A DNA stretch of 60,220 nt, the filler included, from Hausera hauseri (lineage: Eukaryota): NCBI GenBank assembly GCA_046269625.1. It is 10 parts of 10 records of this genome, joined end to end, with 100 filler letters (N's around TTAATTAATTAA, not from the genome) between each part and the next. Parts side by side here need not be neighbours in the genome. Positions count along the whole stretch, not along the records: positions 55,915 to 60,220 come from JBJURY010645553.1; 9 more parts are not named here. One strand, written 5' to 3'. Positions within the stretch are counted from its first letter, which is position 1. Every line of letters begins with the position of its first letter. The notes below the pieces were generated by a model that saw only the letters and a program-made list of their open reading frames with translations, made no database searches and was not told the origin of the DNA. Both the position numbers and the translations under genes were made by a program. This document shows, piece after piece, positions 60,070 through 60,220 of this stretch.

Positions 60070-60220
60070 AGGTAGTTCAATTTGTATCCATTGTACAACC
60101 GAGACGGTCTGACTGAATATTGATTGTATCGTGGTTGACTTGTAGCAGCAGCAGCAGCAGTAGCAGCAGTAGCTTCACTAGAATTCATTATTGTTGTTGT
60201 TGTTGTTGTAAAGGCAGAGA

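Noticed and set aside
1-60220. Alternative genetic code explaining the fragmented ORFs; CRISPR arrays; rRNA or tRNA genes
   Set aside because: Breaks include frameshifts and all three stop codons, while a 9.7-kb ORF is open in the standard code. No repeat-spacer array or RNA gene was seen.

Overview
This window is not one locus. It is ten AT-rich eukaryotic contigs joined by artificial 100-bp N/TTAATTAATTAA linkers, and it consists almost entirely of mobile or viral elements. Four contigs (1-3949, 13833-20651, 32452-39050, 55915-60220) are mostly decayed Polinton/Maverick (adintovirus-like) pieces encoding capsids, cysteine protease, packaging ATPase, integrase, protein-primed PolB, dUTPase and TBP-like, DEDD-like and PC4-like genes. 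One contig (43538-47692) holds mariner and Tc1 relics. The most striking content is a family of large Ty3/Gypsy LTR retroelements with an unusual gag-env-pol order. In 20752-32351 an intact 3247-aa ORF encodes Gag, an unknown domain, an internal signal peptide plus a chuvirus-like (class III) fusion glycoprotein, PR-RT-RH-IN, and then a second membrane protein with FN3-like repeats. The ORF ends at TGA-CAA-TTA, a canonical readthrough signal, followed in frame by an ISG20/REX4-like pseudo-exonuclease. Two divergent decayed relatives (39151-43437, 47793-55814) keep the glycoprotein-before-protease order. Two more contigs (4050-8350, 8451-13732) look like the 3' accessory and LTR regions of related elements. 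All family assignments come from motifs read by eye; no database search was run.
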